64,000 nucleotides of DNA from Candidatus Omnitrophota bacterium. GTDB lineage: Bacteria > Omnitrophota > Gorgyraeia > JACQQV01. Position numbers and translations under genes: made by a program. Under the pieces are notes generated by a model. It worked only from the letters and a program-made list of their open reading frames with translations. It ran no database searches and was not told where the DNA came from. Position 1 is the stretch's first letter. Each line of letters opens with the position of its first letter. Location: the NCBI GenBank assembly GCA_016206785.1, contig JACQQV010000031.1, positions 35,860 through 99,859 of the forward strand, in the 5' to 3' direction. This document shows, piece after piece, positions 54,456-63,940 of the stretch.

Positions 54456-55297
54456 TGGCAGAGCGAAAAGTGCTGGGTCGTGGGTTGCGGGCGCTGATTC
54501 CAGAAGCGGCAGAAGGAAAGGAAGTGGAACCTTCCTTTTTGTTGCGGATGGACAAAATTCAGTCGAACCCGCGACAACCCCGTCAAATTTTCAATTCCGA
54601 AACACTCGCAGAACTCACGGGCTCGATCCGGAAAAATGGGGTGGTACAACCGATCCTGGTCAGGCCCAAAGGAAACGGGTATGAGGTGGTCTGCGGGGAG
54701 CGCCGATTTCGCGCGGCCCAGGCGGCCGGGCTTACGGAGATTCCCGCCGTGGTGCGCCCCATGAGCGACGAAGGCGCGTTCGAGTGTTCCATCGTCGAGA
54801 ATGTTCAGCGCAGCGACCTTAACCCGATTGAAGAAGCGAAAGCGTATCAGAGACTCATGAATGAATTTACAATGACGCAGGAGAAGGTTGCGGATGTGGT
54901 CGGGAAAGATCGCTCCTCCGTCGCAAATACGATCCGCCTTTTGGGGCTCCCAAAGGCCATTCAGGATGAACTGATCCGCGGACGCCTCACCATGGGCCAT
55001 GCCCGTGCGATCCTTGCGGTTTCCAGCGAGGCAGAACAACTGGCCCTTTGCAAACGGATTCTCTCTTCAAACCTTTCTGTTCGGGAAACGGAACGGATGG
55101 GCCGTGCTAAGGCGGGAGGGAAAATTTCCCGACGCGATGAAGCGGTGCGGCATGTTGAGGAGGAACTCCAACACCTGTTAGGGACCAAGGTGCGCATCAC
55201 CGACCGGAAGGGAAAGGGGAAGATCGTTCTGGAATACTTTTCTCCGGCGGAGCGGGAACGGCTTGTCCGTCTCTTAAAAGAAAGGACACGGGGGTGA
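54455..55297 (+). CDS. parB: Chromosome partitioning protein ParB
   Basis: GERRFRAAQ ParB box and a helix-turn-helix. Overlapping start/stop junctions with parA (54455) and ndk (55294). Confidence 0.9.
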   Translation: MAERKVLGRGLRALIPEAAEGKEVEPSFLLRMDKIQSNPRQPRQIFNSETLAELTGSIRKNGVVQPILVRPKGNGYEVVCGERRFRAAQAAGLTEIPAVVRPMSDEGAFECSIVENVQRSDLNPIEEAKAYQRLMNEFTMTQEKVADVVGKDRSSVANTIRLLGLPKAIQDELIRGRLTMGHARAILAVSSEAEQLALCKRILSSNLSVRETERMGRAKAGGKISRRDEAVRHVEEELQHLLGTKVRITDRKGKGKIVLEYFSPAERERLVRLLKERTRG

Positions 55298-55803
55298 TCG
55301 TGGCGGAGCAACAGACCCTTGTACTCATCAAACCGGATGGTTTGAAAAAATCGCTCACAGGCAATGTGCTGACGCGGCTTTCCGAGACGAAGCTGACGAT
55401 TATAGGCGCTAAGATTGTGAAACCGACAAGGGATCTTTCCGTGGCGCATTACAGTCATATGAAGGATAAACCTTTTTTCGAAGAACTCATCCGGTATCTC
55501 ATGGGAGAGTTTCATACCCCAAGGGTCATGGCGCTCGTCTATCATGGCGAGGATGCGATTGAGAAAGTGCGGGGGATTTGCGGTTCGACCAATCCTGAGG
55601 AGGCCGATCCGGTATCGATCCGCGGGGCGTATGGTCGGATTACCACCAAAGGGGTTTATGAAAACGTGATCCACGCCTCTACCAATGAGGAGGAGGCGGA
55701 GCGGGAAATTAAACTCTGGTTTAAGCCCGGTGAACTGATTCTTGAACCTTATCCCGTCAAAGAAGAAGTGGCTTCAAATTACAGAAGGAAAGTGTGGGCA
55801 TAG
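55294..55803 (+). CDS. ndk: Nucleoside diphosphate kinase
   Basis: LVLIKPDG and NVIHAST, the latter containing the catalytic His region. Confidence 0.8.
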   Translation: MIVAEQQTLVLIKPDGLKKSLTGNVLTRLSETKLTIIGAKIVKPTRDLSVAHYSHMKDKPFFEELIRYLMGEFHTPRVMALVYHGEDAIEKVRGICGSTNPEEADPVSIRGAYGRITTKGVYENVIHASTNEEEAEREIKLWFKPGELILEPYPVKEEVASNYRRKVWA

Positions 55804-55806
55804 AAA

Positions 55807-57579
55807 ATGACAGTAGTGGCGCAAGCAGGAACAACCAATAAGCATGTGCTTCTCTGGATAGAGGAGATGGTAAAACTGTGTAAGCCGGATCGCGTTCATT
55901 GGTGCAACGGCTCGGAAGAAGAGAAGGCAGAACTTCTCAAAGAGGCGGTCCGGGTCGGGGACTTCGAGGCCTTAAACCAAGAAAAACTTCCCGGCTGTTA
56001 TCTGCACCGTTCAGCGCCCAATGACGTGGCACGGACGGAACACCTCACTTTCATCTGCACAAGAAATAAGGACGATGCGGGTCCGACAAATAATTGGATG
56101 GAACCCAAAGAGGCCTACCAAAAACTGGAGGCGATTTTCGACGGGGCCATGCGGGGCCGCACCCTTTACGTGGTACCATTTATCATGGGGCAGCCCGGTT
56201 CTCCTTTTAGCAAAGTAGGGATTGAAGTGACGGACAGTCTCTACGTCGCCTTAAACATGCGGATCATGACGCGGATGGGGAGTGTTGCTTGGAAGCAGTT
56301 GGGGGATTCCAACGATTTCACACGCGGCCTTCACAGTAAGGCAGATCTCAACGAGAACCGCCGCTACATCTGTCATTTCCCAGAGGACAACACCATCTGG
56401 AGCGTTGGTTCAGGATATGGTGGGAATGCCCTCCTCGGGAAAAAATGTTTGGCCCTTCGAATTGCCAGCTGGCTCGGAAGGCAGGAAGGGTGGATGGCAG
56501 AACATATGCTCATTATTGGGGTGGAAGATCCGCAAGGGGAGGTCACTTATCTGACCGGCGCTTTCCCGAGCCAGTGCGGGAAAACGAATCTGGCGATGCT
56601 TATTCCTCCCGCTTCTCAAAAGGGGTATAAGGTCTGGACGGTCGGGGATGATATTGCATGGCTTAGGATCGGTCCTGATGGGAGACTTTGGGCAACGAAT
56701 CCCGAAGCCGGTTTTTTTGGAGTCGCCCCAGGAACAAATACCCTCTCCAATCCGAATGCGATGGCAACGATCCGGCGGGATACGTTTTATACCAATGTCC
56801 TTAAAAAACCGGATGGGACCGTCTGGTGGGAAGGGATGGACGGAGAAACGCCCCGAGAGGGGGTCGATTGGCGGGGGAACCGTTGGACCCCTGATTCGAA
56901 AGAGAAAGGGGCCCATCCGAACAGCCGTTTTACTGCACCGGCATCGCAATGCCCGTCGATTTCACCGCAGTGGGAGGACCCCAAGGGGGTACCGATTAGC
57001 GGCATCCTTTTCGGAGGACGACGTGCAAAAGTTGCGCCGCTTGTAGTTCAGGCGCGCAACTGGCAACATGGCGTTTTTGTAGCGGCCACAATGGCCTCTG
57101 AGACAACGGCCGCTGCGACAGGGAAAGTGGGGGTCATCCGGCGCGATCCGATGGCGATGCTCCCATTTTGCGGTTACCATATGGGGGATTATTTTAGTCA
57201 TTGGCTTGCGATGGGGAAGCGCCTTGCCAACCCTCCGAAAATTTTCCATGTGAACTGGTTCCGGACCGGAGAGGATGGAAAATTTCTTTGGCCAGGATAT
57301 GGTGAAAATCTCCGGGCACTCCGGTGGGTCGTAGATCGTTGCCAGGGACGGGGGGAGGCTGTTGAGAACCCGATCGGATTTCTCCCTCCTGCTTCTGCAA
57401 TCGACAGGACCGGTCTTTCTTTGACGGAAGAAGCCCTTAAGGCATTACTGAGTATTGACCGATCCTCCTGGGAAGAGGAATTGCAGTTACAATCCGAATT
57501 TTTTCATTCGCTCGGCGAAAGGGTGCCGCAGGCGCTTTGGGAGGAGCATGCCGCTCTTTCGAAACGTTTGGACCTGTAA
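55807..57579 (+). CDS. pckG: Phosphoenolpyruvate carboxykinase (GTP)
   Basis: YGGNALLGKKCLALRIAS, the kinase-1a loop FPSQCGKTNLAML, and FHVNWFRTGEDGKFLWPGYGEN. Confidence 0.9.
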   Translation: MTVVAQAGTTNKHVLLWIEEMVKLCKPDRVHWCNGSEEEKAELLKEAVRVGDFEALNQEKLPGCYLHRSAPNDVARTEHLTFICTRNKDDAGPTNNWMEPKEAYQKLEAIFDGAMRGRTLYVVPFIMGQPGSPFSKVGIEVTDSLYVALNMRIMTRMGSVAWKQLGDSNDFTRGLHSKADLNENRRYICHFPEDNTIWSVGSGYGGNALLGKKCLALRIASWLGRQEGWMAEHMLIIGVEDPQGEVTYLTGAFPSQCGKTNLAMLIPPASQKGYKVWTVGDDIAWLRIGPDGRLWATNPEAGFFGVAPGTNTLSNPNAMATIRRDTFYTNVLKKPDGTVWWEGMDGETPREGVDWRGNRWTPDSKEKGAHPNSRFTAPASQCPSISPQWEDPKGVPISGILFGGRRAKVAPLVVQARNWQHGVFVAATMASETTAAATGKVGVIRRDPMAMLPFCGYHMGDYFSHWLAMGKRLANPPKIFHVNWFRTGEDGKFLWPGYGENLRALRWVVDRCQGRGEAVENPIGFLPPASAIDRTGLSLTEEALKALLSIDRSSWEEELQLQSEFFHSLGERVPQALWEEHAALSKRLDL

Positions 57580-57593
57580 CGGAAGGGGAAGAT

Positions 57594-58472
57594 ATGGCCG
57601 TTAGCATGACAGGGTTCGGGCGGGGTGAAGCGAAAGGAAAGTGGGGGACGATTGTTATCGAGGCCAGAAGCCTCAATCACCGCTATCTGGAGGTGAGCAG
57701 CCGTTTACCTTTAGTACTGGTCTCTTTGGAAGAACGGATCCGCGAGCATGTCTCGAAGAAAGTGAAAAGAGGCCGCATCACTCTTTCAGTTTCATTGGAT
57801 CGAGATGGAGAGCTCGGGGGACTTATCCGGGTCGATGAAAAACGGGCCAGACGGTATTATGAAGTTCTTCTTTCCTTGAAAAAAGAGCTGGACATGGGAG
57901 GGGAAATTCGGATGGAAGAAATCCTCTCCTTGCCAGATGTGGTGAAGGCTGAAACGACTCCGTCAGAACTCGAAGAGATCTGGTCGCAGATGCGTGAGGC
58001 CCTTGAGAAAGCGATGAACCAGTTAGTCGAAATGAGGGAAGCGGAAGGAAAGGTGCTCACCAATGATCTACTCCGTCGGGTAGCCCTGGTCGAAAAGGAA
58101 CTTGCAAAGATCGCGAAACGCGGCCCTTCCGCGCTTAAACATTATCGTACGCGACTGTTGGAGCGAGTGAAAGAGCTCACGAGCGCCGAAAAGGTGGATC
58201 GGGATCGTTTAGAGCAGGAAATCGTCTTTTTTGCGGAGAACTCAGACATTACCGAAGAGGTGACCCGCACCAAATCGCACCTCGAGACCTTCCAGAAGGC
58301 TCTTTCGATGAAGGAAGAAGTGGGCCGCAAACTCGATTTTATCGCACAAGAGTTACAGCGGGAGGCGAATACCATCGGACAGAAGTCTCGCGATTTCGAA
58401 ATTTCCCAAAGTGTCATCCAAATGAAAGGGGAAATCGAACGGATGCGCGAACAGGTTCAGAATGTTGAGTAA
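57594..58472 (+). CDS. yicC: YicC-family stress-induced protein (endoribonuclease YicC-like)
   Basis: The N-terminus MAVSMTGFGRGEA is the hallmark of YicC_N. The DUF1732 C-terminal domain is present. The track ORF starts at 57537; the start is refined here. Confidence 0.75.
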   Translation: MAVSMTGFGRGEAKGKWGTIVIEARSLNHRYLEVSSRLPLVLVSLEERIREHVSKKVKRGRITLSVSLDRDGELGGLIRVDEKRARRYYEVLLSLKKELDMGGEIRMEEILSLPDVVKAETTPSELEEIWSQMREALEKAMNQLVEMREAEGKVLTNDLLRRVALVEKELAKIAKRGPSALKHYRTRLLERVKELTSAEKVDRDRLEQEIVFFAENSDITEEVTRTKSHLETFQKALSMKEEVGRKLDFIAQELQREANTIGQKSRDFEISQSVIQMKGEIERMREQVQNVE

Positions 58473-58474
58473 CC

Positions 58475-58717
58475 ATGGGGCTCGTCGTCAACCTCGGGTT
58501 TAATAATATTGTCATGCGGGATCGGATCATCGCCGTGGTGGCCTCTGAGGCGGCACCGATGAAACGGATGCGGGAGGAGGCACGGCGGAGCCGGAAGCTT
58601 ATTGATGCGACGCATGGGCGTCGGACGCGGGCCATTGTGATTACGGACAGTGATCATGTGATCCTCTCAAGCGCCCAACCCGAGACGATTGTGCAGCGGA
58701 TTACTGAGAAACTTTGA
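58475..58717 (+). CDS. DUF370 / RemA-like protein
   Basis: NLGFNNIVMRDRIIAVVASEAAPMKR...LIDATHGRRTRAIVITDSDHVILSSAQPETI is the DUF370 signature. It sits in the usual yicC-DUF370-gmk-rpoZ position. Confidence 0.75.
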   Translation: MGLVVNLGFNNIVMRDRIIAVVASEAAPMKRMREEARRSRKLIDATHGRRTRAIVITDSDHVILSSAQPETIVQRITEKL

Positions 58718-59271
58718 TGCGGGGGCGTCTTTATATTCTTTCCGCACCGTCGGGGACCGGGAAGACAACCCTCTGCAATAGACTTCTTCACGCAACGCCA
58801 AGACTGGTTCGATCCGTGTCGGTCACGACCCGCCCTCCTCGGCGGGGGGAGGCGGATGGAAAAGATTATCTGTTCATTTCGCCGGAGGCCTTTCGACGTC
58901 TTAAAAGGACCGGTGGACTTTTGGAGTGGACAAAGTACGCTCATGCATTTTATGGCACACCCCTTTCGCCGTTAAAGCGTTTCCTGGCTGACGGGAAAGA
59001 CGTCATACTCCTCTTGGATGTCCGGGGTGCGCGCGAGGTCAAGAAACATTTTAAGGAAGCAACGACCATTTTTCTTCTTCCCCCTTCGTTTGAGGATTTG
59101 AAGAAGAGACTTTCAAGGCGTCGGACCGAGAAGGGGGTAGAAATTGAAAAGCGGTTGCGTCTTGCAAAACGGGAAATGACGCAGGTGGACTGGTACGATT
59201 ACGTCATCGTCAACGACGATCTTCGTCAGGCCGTACGTGCGTTAAAAAGGATTATCAGAAAGAGTGGATAG
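58714..59271 (+). CDS. gmk: Guanylate kinase
   Basis: P-loop SAPSGTGKTT and the GMP-binding region. Confidence 0.85.
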   Translation: MMRGRLYILSAPSGTGKTTLCNRLLHATPRLVRSVSVTTRPPRRGEADGKDYLFISPEAFRRLKRTGGLLEWTKYAHAFYGTPLSPLKRFLADGKDVILLLDVRGAREVKKHFKEATTIFLLPPSFEDLKKRLSRRRTEKGVEIEKRLRLAKREMTQVDWYDYVIVNDDLRQAVRALKRIIRKSG

Positions 59272-59277
59272 AAACTC

Positions 59278-59475
59278 ATGATCAACATTCCTATCGAAGA
59301 ACTGTCCAAGCAGACAGGGAGCATCTATAAGCTGGTGGTTCTCGCCGCTCGCAGAGCAGCGGAACTGAATGAGGGGGCCGCCCCGTTGGTTCAGGTGAGT
59401 TCGAAAAAGGTGGCAACAATCGCCCTAGAGGAAATTCGGCAGGGACTGGTCACTTACAAACAAAAAGGAAAATAG
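59278..59475 (+). CDS. rpoZ: DNA-directed RNA polymerase subunit omega
   Basis: 65 aa with KLVVLAARRAAELN. Confidence 0.75.
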   Translation: MINIPIEELSKQTGSIYKLVVLAARRAAELNEGAAPLVQVSSKKVATIALEEIRQGLVTYKQKGK

Positions 59476-59476
59476 A

Positions 59477-60016
59477 TTGGCAAAGCCCAAAATCCTCCTT
59501 GGCGTCACGGGGAGCATCGCTTGTTACATGGCCTGCGATCTTGTGAATCGTCTTGTCGAGGAAAAACTTCAGGTCCGGTGTGTGATGACCCAAGAGGCGC
59601 AGGAGTTTGTGCGCCCCTTGTCCTTCGAAGTCCTTTCTGGGCATGAGGTTTATACGGATCTTTTCCGCAGCGGTCAGGTGGAGGGGCCGCTCCATACCGT
59701 TCTTGCCCAATGGGCGGATCTTATCCTCATTTCACCCTGTTCGGCGAATGTGATCGGGAAGCTCGCCCATGGCATTTATGATGACCTCTTGACCTGCATC
59801 GTCTCTGCTACCGAGGCGAAAGTCGTGCTCTGTCCTGCCATGAGCGAGGTGATGTACCAAAAGCCGATCGTCCAGGCCAATATCGCTTCGCTTAAAAAAT
59901 GGGGCTGTCATTTTGTCGGTCCGATCAAGGGCCATCTCACCTGTAAGATTGAAGGAGTTGGGCATATTACAAAAACGGAAGAGATCGTAGCCGCTGTGAA
60001 AAGGTTGATTCGGTGA
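59477..60016 (+). CDS. coaC: Phosphopantothenoylcysteine decarboxylase (flavoprotein) — the CoaC half, encoded separately
   Basis: ILLGVTGSIACYMACDLVNRL flavoprotein motif. The TGA stop is at 60014-60016, and the next ORF starts at 60018 in a different frame. Confidence 0.7.
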   Translation: MAKPKILLGVTGSIACYMACDLVNRLVEEKLQVRCVMTQEAQEFVRPLSFEVLSGHEVYTDLFRSGQVEGPLHTVLAQWADLILISPCSANVIGKLAHGIYDDLLTCIVSATEAKVVLCPAMSEVMYQKPIVQANIASLKKWGCHFVGPIKGHLTCKIEGVGHITKTEEIVAAVKRLIR

Positions 60017-60017
60017 C

Positions 60018-60689
60018 ATGTCGATCTCTCGGAAGAAACTCCACATCCTTGTCACCCTCGGTCCCACCTGGGAATTCATCGACCCTATACGATTTATTAC
60101 CAATCGCGCGACCGGTATACTGGGGTATTTTATTGCTCAAGAAGGACTTCGCCGGGGGCATCGGGTGACCTGTGTGGCGGGTCCTTCGGCCCTCTGCCCT
60201 CTTCCGGGCGCCCGTTGGATGAATGTGGTGGGGGCAGAAGAGATGCGTAGGGCGGTGCAAGTGATTTTTCCGAAGGTGGATGCGTTGGTGATGAGTGCGG
60301 CGGTGTCTGATTATCGGGTAAAGAAACCTTTTCTCTCGAAACTAAAACGGCGCGGTCGGTCTTTCCCCCTTTTCTTAGAAGAAAACCCGGACATCCTCGA
60401 TGGGGTGAGCCGCGGGAAAGGGGGTCGGGTTCTCGTCGGATTCGCTCTGGAGACCGAAAATCTCATCAAAAGCGCTTTGAAGAAACTTAAAGAGAAGAAA
60501 CTTGACCTTATCATCGCCAATCTGGTCAGTGGCGATAAGGATCCCTTTGGCAACCGGAAGGTCGATGTCCATTTTCTCTGGAAAGATGGGCGCCAGCGAT
60601 TTTATGTCGACATTTCGAAATCACAACTTGCAAAAGTGCTCCTCGACGCTGTTGAGGATCTCGCCCTCACAAGGATTTCGGAAAGGTAA
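60018..60689 (+). CDS. coaB: Phosphopantothenate--cysteine ligase — the CoaB half, encoded separately
   Basis: FITNRATGILG corresponds to the ITNRSSG motif, and it has the CTP-binding region. Confidence 0.7.
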   Translation: MSISRKKLHILVTLGPTWEFIDPIRFITNRATGILGYFIAQEGLRRGHRVTCVAGPSALCPLPGARWMNVVGAEEMRRAVQVIFPKVDALVMSAAVSDYRVKKPFLSKLKRRGRSFPLFLEENPDILDGVSRGKGGRVLVGFALETENLIKSALKKLKEKKLDLIIANLVSGDKDPFGNRKVDVHFLWKDGRQRFYVDISKSQLAKVLLDAVEDLALTRISER

Positions 60690-60786
60690 AAGAATTGTTG
60701 TTTTAGGTTTTCCCCATTGGGGAGTGAAGGCCGAGCAGCGACATCTCTTGTTGTTATCTATTTGGTCGCGCGGAGGCCGAAGCGAC

Positions 60787-60861
60787 GGCGACGTAGCCAA
60801 ATGGTAAGGCGGGAGTCTGCAAAACTCCTATGCGTCGGTTCGATTCCGACCGTCGCCTCCA
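60787..60861 (+). tRNA. tRNA-Cys (anticodon GCA), CCA encoded
   Basis: GGCGACGTAGCCAAATGGTAAGGCGGGAGTCTGCAAAACTCCTATGCGTCGGTTCGATTCCGACCGTCGCCTCCA. The anticodon loop is cTGCAaa. Confidence 0.8.
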
Positions 60862-60888
60862 ATTCAGCATATGCCATACGCTATTGAG

Positions 60889-60969
60889 GGGCGAGTGGCG
60901 GAACGGCATACGCGACGGACTTAAAATCCGTTGCCGAAAGGCTTGAGGGTTCAAATCCCTCCTCGCCCA
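60889..60969 (+). tRNA. tRNA-Leu (anticodon TAA), type II with a GCC-GAAA-GGC variable arm
   Basis: GGGCGAGTGGCGGAACGGCATACGCGACGGACTTAAAATCCGTTGCCGAAAGGCTTGAGGGTTCAAATCCCTCCTCGCCCA. The 5'/3' boundaries are plus or minus 1 nt. Confidence 0.65.
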
Positions 60970-60977
60970 TACGTTCG

Positions 60978-61107
60978 GTGTAAAGTGAAAAGTGTAAGGG
61001 GGGCTCATAGCTCAGTTGGTTAGAGCGCTTCCTTGACATGGAAGAGGTCAGAGGTTCGAGTCCTCTTGGGCCCACCATCACTTCAGTGTAAAGTGAAAAG
61101 TGTAAGG
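60978..61107 (+). repeat. Perfect 22-bp direct repeat GTGTAAAGTGAAAAGTGTAAGG flanking tRNA-Val(GAC)
   Basis: The copies are at 60978-60999 and 61086-61107. The second copy ends at the thrS start codon. Confidence 0.7.
61001..61077 (+). tRNA. tRNA-Val (anticodon GAC), CCA encoded
   Basis: GGGCTCATAGCTCAGTTGGTTAGAGCGCTTCCTTGACATGGAAGAGGTCAGAGGTTCGAGTCCTCTTGGGCCCACCA. Confidence 0.8.
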
Positions 61108-62843
61108 TGTATGGGAAAGAGATGGATCCGAAACTTGAACGGTTAAGACATTCCGCCAGTCACGTGATGGCGCAGGCCATCAAAAGGCTTTGGCCTGAGA
61201 CGAGACTGGACGACGGCCCTGCGACAGAAGAGGGATTTTTCTACGACCTCGACTGCCCTGTAACGATTACCGAAGAACATTTTCCTCAGATTGAAGCGGA
61301 GATGGGGAAAATTATCAAGGAAAACCATTCCTTTACGCAATCGTTTATGTCGCGGAAAGAGGCGGCCGAGTTTTTCAAAAAGCGGGGGGAGATCTACAAA
61401 GAGGATCGGATTTTAAACCGCATTCAAGACGACCGAGTTTCCATTTTTACCGATGGGGATTTCATTGATCTGTGCCAAGGGCCCCATATTGCCAAAACAG
61501 GAGAGGTCGCTGCTTTCAAGCTATTGAGTGTGGCGGGGGCCTATTGGTACGGCAAGGAATCGAACAAGATGCTTCAGCGTATTTACGGAACCGCTTTTGC
61601 ATCACAAAAAGAACTGGATCAATTCCTCAAAATGAGAGAAGAAGCAAAAAAGCGTGATCACCGTAAACTCGGGCCGGCCCTCGGGTTTTTTACCATCGAG
61701 GAGGAAGCGGGGGCAGGACTTGTTTTCTATCATCCGAAGGGGGCACTCCTCCGGAAGATGATCGAAGATTATGTAAGGGAACAACACCTTGCCCGGGGCT
61801 ACCAATTTGTCGGCACACCCCATCTTTTGCGGAGTAACATTTGGAAACAGTCGGGGCACCTCGATTATTACAAAGAGCATATGTTTCTTTTTGAGGTCGA
61901 AGGGCAGTCCTTTGGAGTAAAACCGATGAACTGCCCGGGGCACGTTTTGATTTACAAGTCGCGTCTACGGAGTTACCGGGAACTCCCCATCCGCTTTTTT
62001 GAACTTGGCACCGTCTATCGCAATGAGCGGGTGGGGGTCTTACATGGGCTCCTTCGGGTTCGCGGGTTTACGCAGGACGATGCGCATATTTTTTGTGCGG
62101 AAGATCAGCTGGTCGGGGAAATCGAACAAGTCCTTTCATTTACCTTTCAAGTCATGAAAGATTTTGGATTCCGCGATTGGGATATTGAACTTTCCACCCG
62201 TCCTGAAAAATTCGTGGGGGAGATTCAAGATTGGGACAAGGCAGAATCTGCCTTGACCGAAGCGGCCCGAAAAAAATTTGGTGAGATGAAGATCGCCAAG
62301 GGGGGAGGCGCTTTTTATGGACCGAAGATTGATATTAAACTGAAAGATGTATTGGGACGACTCTGGCAGTGTGCGACCATCCAGTGCGACTTCGCTCTTC
62401 CGGTCCGTTTTAACCTTTCCTATGCAGGCTCGGACGGAAAGGGGCACCGCCCCATCATGATCCATCGCGCCATCCTTGGGAGTCTTGAGCGTTTCTTGGG
62501 CGTTTTGATCGAGCAGTATGCAGGGGCGTTTCCCCTTTGGCTTTCACCCGTACAGGTTGTGGTCATCCCCATTTCAGAGGACCAGATTCCTTATGCGAAG
62601 CAATTGACAGAAACCTTCAAGACGCATGGGATTCGTGTTGCGCTCGACGACCGGAATGCAAAAATGCAGTATCGGATTCGAGAGGCACAGACCGACCAGG
62701 TTCCTTATATGGTGGTTGTTGGAACAAAAGAGGCGCAGGAAGGAGTCCTCGCCGTACGCGAACGGAGGGCTGGCGATTTAGGGAAAATGACGCTTGAGGC
62801 GTTCATTCAGAAGTTGAGAAAAGAAGTTGAGGAGAAAACGTGA
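61107..62843 (+). CDS. thrS: Threonine--tRNA ligase (begins at the N2/editing domain and lacks an N-terminal TGS domain)
   Basis: RHSASHVMAQAIKRLWP (N2 domain), class-II synthetase motifs and a C-terminal anticodon-binding domain. 578 aa. There is no room upstream for a longer N-terminus because the tRNA ends at 61077. Confidence 0.85.
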   Translation: MYGKEMDPKLERLRHSASHVMAQAIKRLWPETRLDDGPATEEGFFYDLDCPVTITEEHFPQIEAEMGKIIKENHSFTQSFMSRKEAAEFFKKRGEIYKEDRILNRIQDDRVSIFTDGDFIDLCQGPHIAKTGEVAAFKLLSVAGAYWYGKESNKMLQRIYGTAFASQKELDQFLKMREEAKKRDHRKLGPALGFFTIEEEAGAGLVFYHPKGALLRKMIEDYVREQHLARGYQFVGTPHLLRSNIWKQSGHLDYYKEHMFLFEVEGQSFGVKPMNCPGHVLIYKSRLRSYRELPIRFFELGTVYRNERVGVLHGLLRVRGFTQDDAHIFCAEDQLVGEIEQVLSFTFQVMKDFGFRDWDIELSTRPEKFVGEIQDWDKAESALTEAARKKFGEMKIAKGGGAFYGPKIDIKLKDVLGRLWQCATIQCDFALPVRFNLSYAGSDGKGHRPIMIHRAILGSLERFLGVLIEQYAGAFPLWLSPVQVVVIPISEDQIPYAKQLTETFKTHGIRVALDDRNAKMQYRIREAQTDQVPYMVVVGTKEAQEGVLAVRERRAGDLGKMTLEAFIQKLRKEVEEKT

Positions 62844-62875
62844 GAGAAAGGCGGTGATGTCCAATTATTAAAAGA

Positions 62876-63370
62876 GTGAGGGTCAATGAGAAGATTCGAG
62901 TAGAGAAGGTGCGGTTGATTGGAGCCGCAGGGGAACAATTGGGTGTGGTCGATATGCAGGAAGCGCTCAAGCGCGCGGTGGAAAGCGGGTTGGACTTGGT
63001 CGAAGTGGCCCCGCAGGCAGCGCCCCCTGTTTGCCGCATCATGAATTTCAGCAAGTTTAAATATGATCAGGAAAAGAAGGAAAAGGAAGCCCGTAAAAGA
63101 CAGCGGGTGATCCATGTCAAAGAAATTCGGCTTAAGCCGAAAATCGGAGAGCACGATTATCAGGTCAAACTCCACCAGGCGCAGAAGTTTTTAACACGCG
63201 GGGATCGGATCAAGGTGAGCCTTGTCTTCCGCGGTCGGGAGATGGCTCATCAGGAATTGGGTCGTTTCGTACTCGATCGGTTTGCGAAGGAGATTTCCGA
63301 TATCGGTGAGATTGAAAAAGGGCCCTTCTCCGAGGGGCGCAATATTATTTTGATTGTTCGAGCGAAGTAA
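62876..63370 (+). CDS. infC: Translation initiation factor IF-3
   Basis: (M)RVNEKIRVEKVRLIGAAGEQLGVV...CRIMNFSKFKY. The track start at 62876 is a GTG codon. Confidence 0.85.
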   Translation: MRVNEKIRVEKVRLIGAAGEQLGVVDMQEALKRAVESGLDLVEVAPQAAPPVCRIMNFSKFKYDQEKKEKEARKRQRVIHVKEIRLKPKIGEHDYQVKLHQAQKFLTRGDRIKVSLVFRGREMAHQELGRFVLDRFAKEISDIGEIEKGPFSEGRNIILIVRAK

Positions 63371-63382
63371 AAGGGGAAAGCG

Positions 63383-63586
63383 ATGCCGAAATTAAAAACG
63401 AGAAAAGCCGTTGCGAAACGGATTAGGATGACCAAGCGTGGAAAACTTAAAAGGTTCAGGGTCGGCACCAGCCACCTGTTGGGGCATAAATCCTCGAAGC
63501 GGAAAAGACAGCTTCGACGAAGCGCTTTTGTCTCAGCAGCGGACAGGAAGGTGATTATAAAACTCTTACCTTATGGGAGGGGATAA
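63383..63586 (+). CDS. rpmI: 50S ribosomal protein L35
   Basis: MPKLKTRKAVAKRIRMTKRGKLKR. Confidence 0.85.
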   Translation: MPKLKTRKAVAKRIRMTKRGKLKRFRVGTSHLLGHKSSKRKRQLRRSAFVSAADRKVIIKLLPYGRG

Positions 63587-63940
63587 ATGCCAAGGGCACG
63601 TCATGGAGTGACCGCTCACAAGAAGCGGCGCAAGTATCTTAAGCAAGCGGAAGGAACGTGGGGAGGCCGTCACCGTCTTTATACGGTAGCCCGCGACACC
63701 GTCAAACGGAGCATGGCCTACGCGACACGGGATCGCAAAACGCGCAAGCGCGATTTCCGGAGACTATGGGTTGTGCGGATCAATGCCGCCTGCCGCGCCG
63801 AAGGGCTCTCCTATTCCAATTTTATCAAAGGACTCAAAGAGGCGAAGGTGTCTTTGGACCGGAAGGTCCTCGCGGACATTGCGCTACATGACGCAGGGGC
63901 TTTTCAGGAATTGGTGAAAACTGCTAAAGCGAGTCTATGA
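63587..63940 (+). CDS. rplT: 50S ribosomal protein L20
   Basis: MPRARHGVTAHKKRRKYLKQAEG... Confidence 0.9.
   Translation: MPRARHGVTAHKKRRKYLKQAEGTWGGRHRLYTVARDTVKRSMAYATRDRKTRKRDFRRLWVVRINAACRAEGLSYSNFIKGLKEAKVSLDRKVLADIALHDAGAFQELVKTAKASL

Noticed and set aside
60706-60716. CCCCATTGGGG hairpin after coaB as a terminator
   Set aside because: The stem is short (5 bp) and no T-tract follows it on the plus strand. This is insufficient for a confident intrinsic terminator call.
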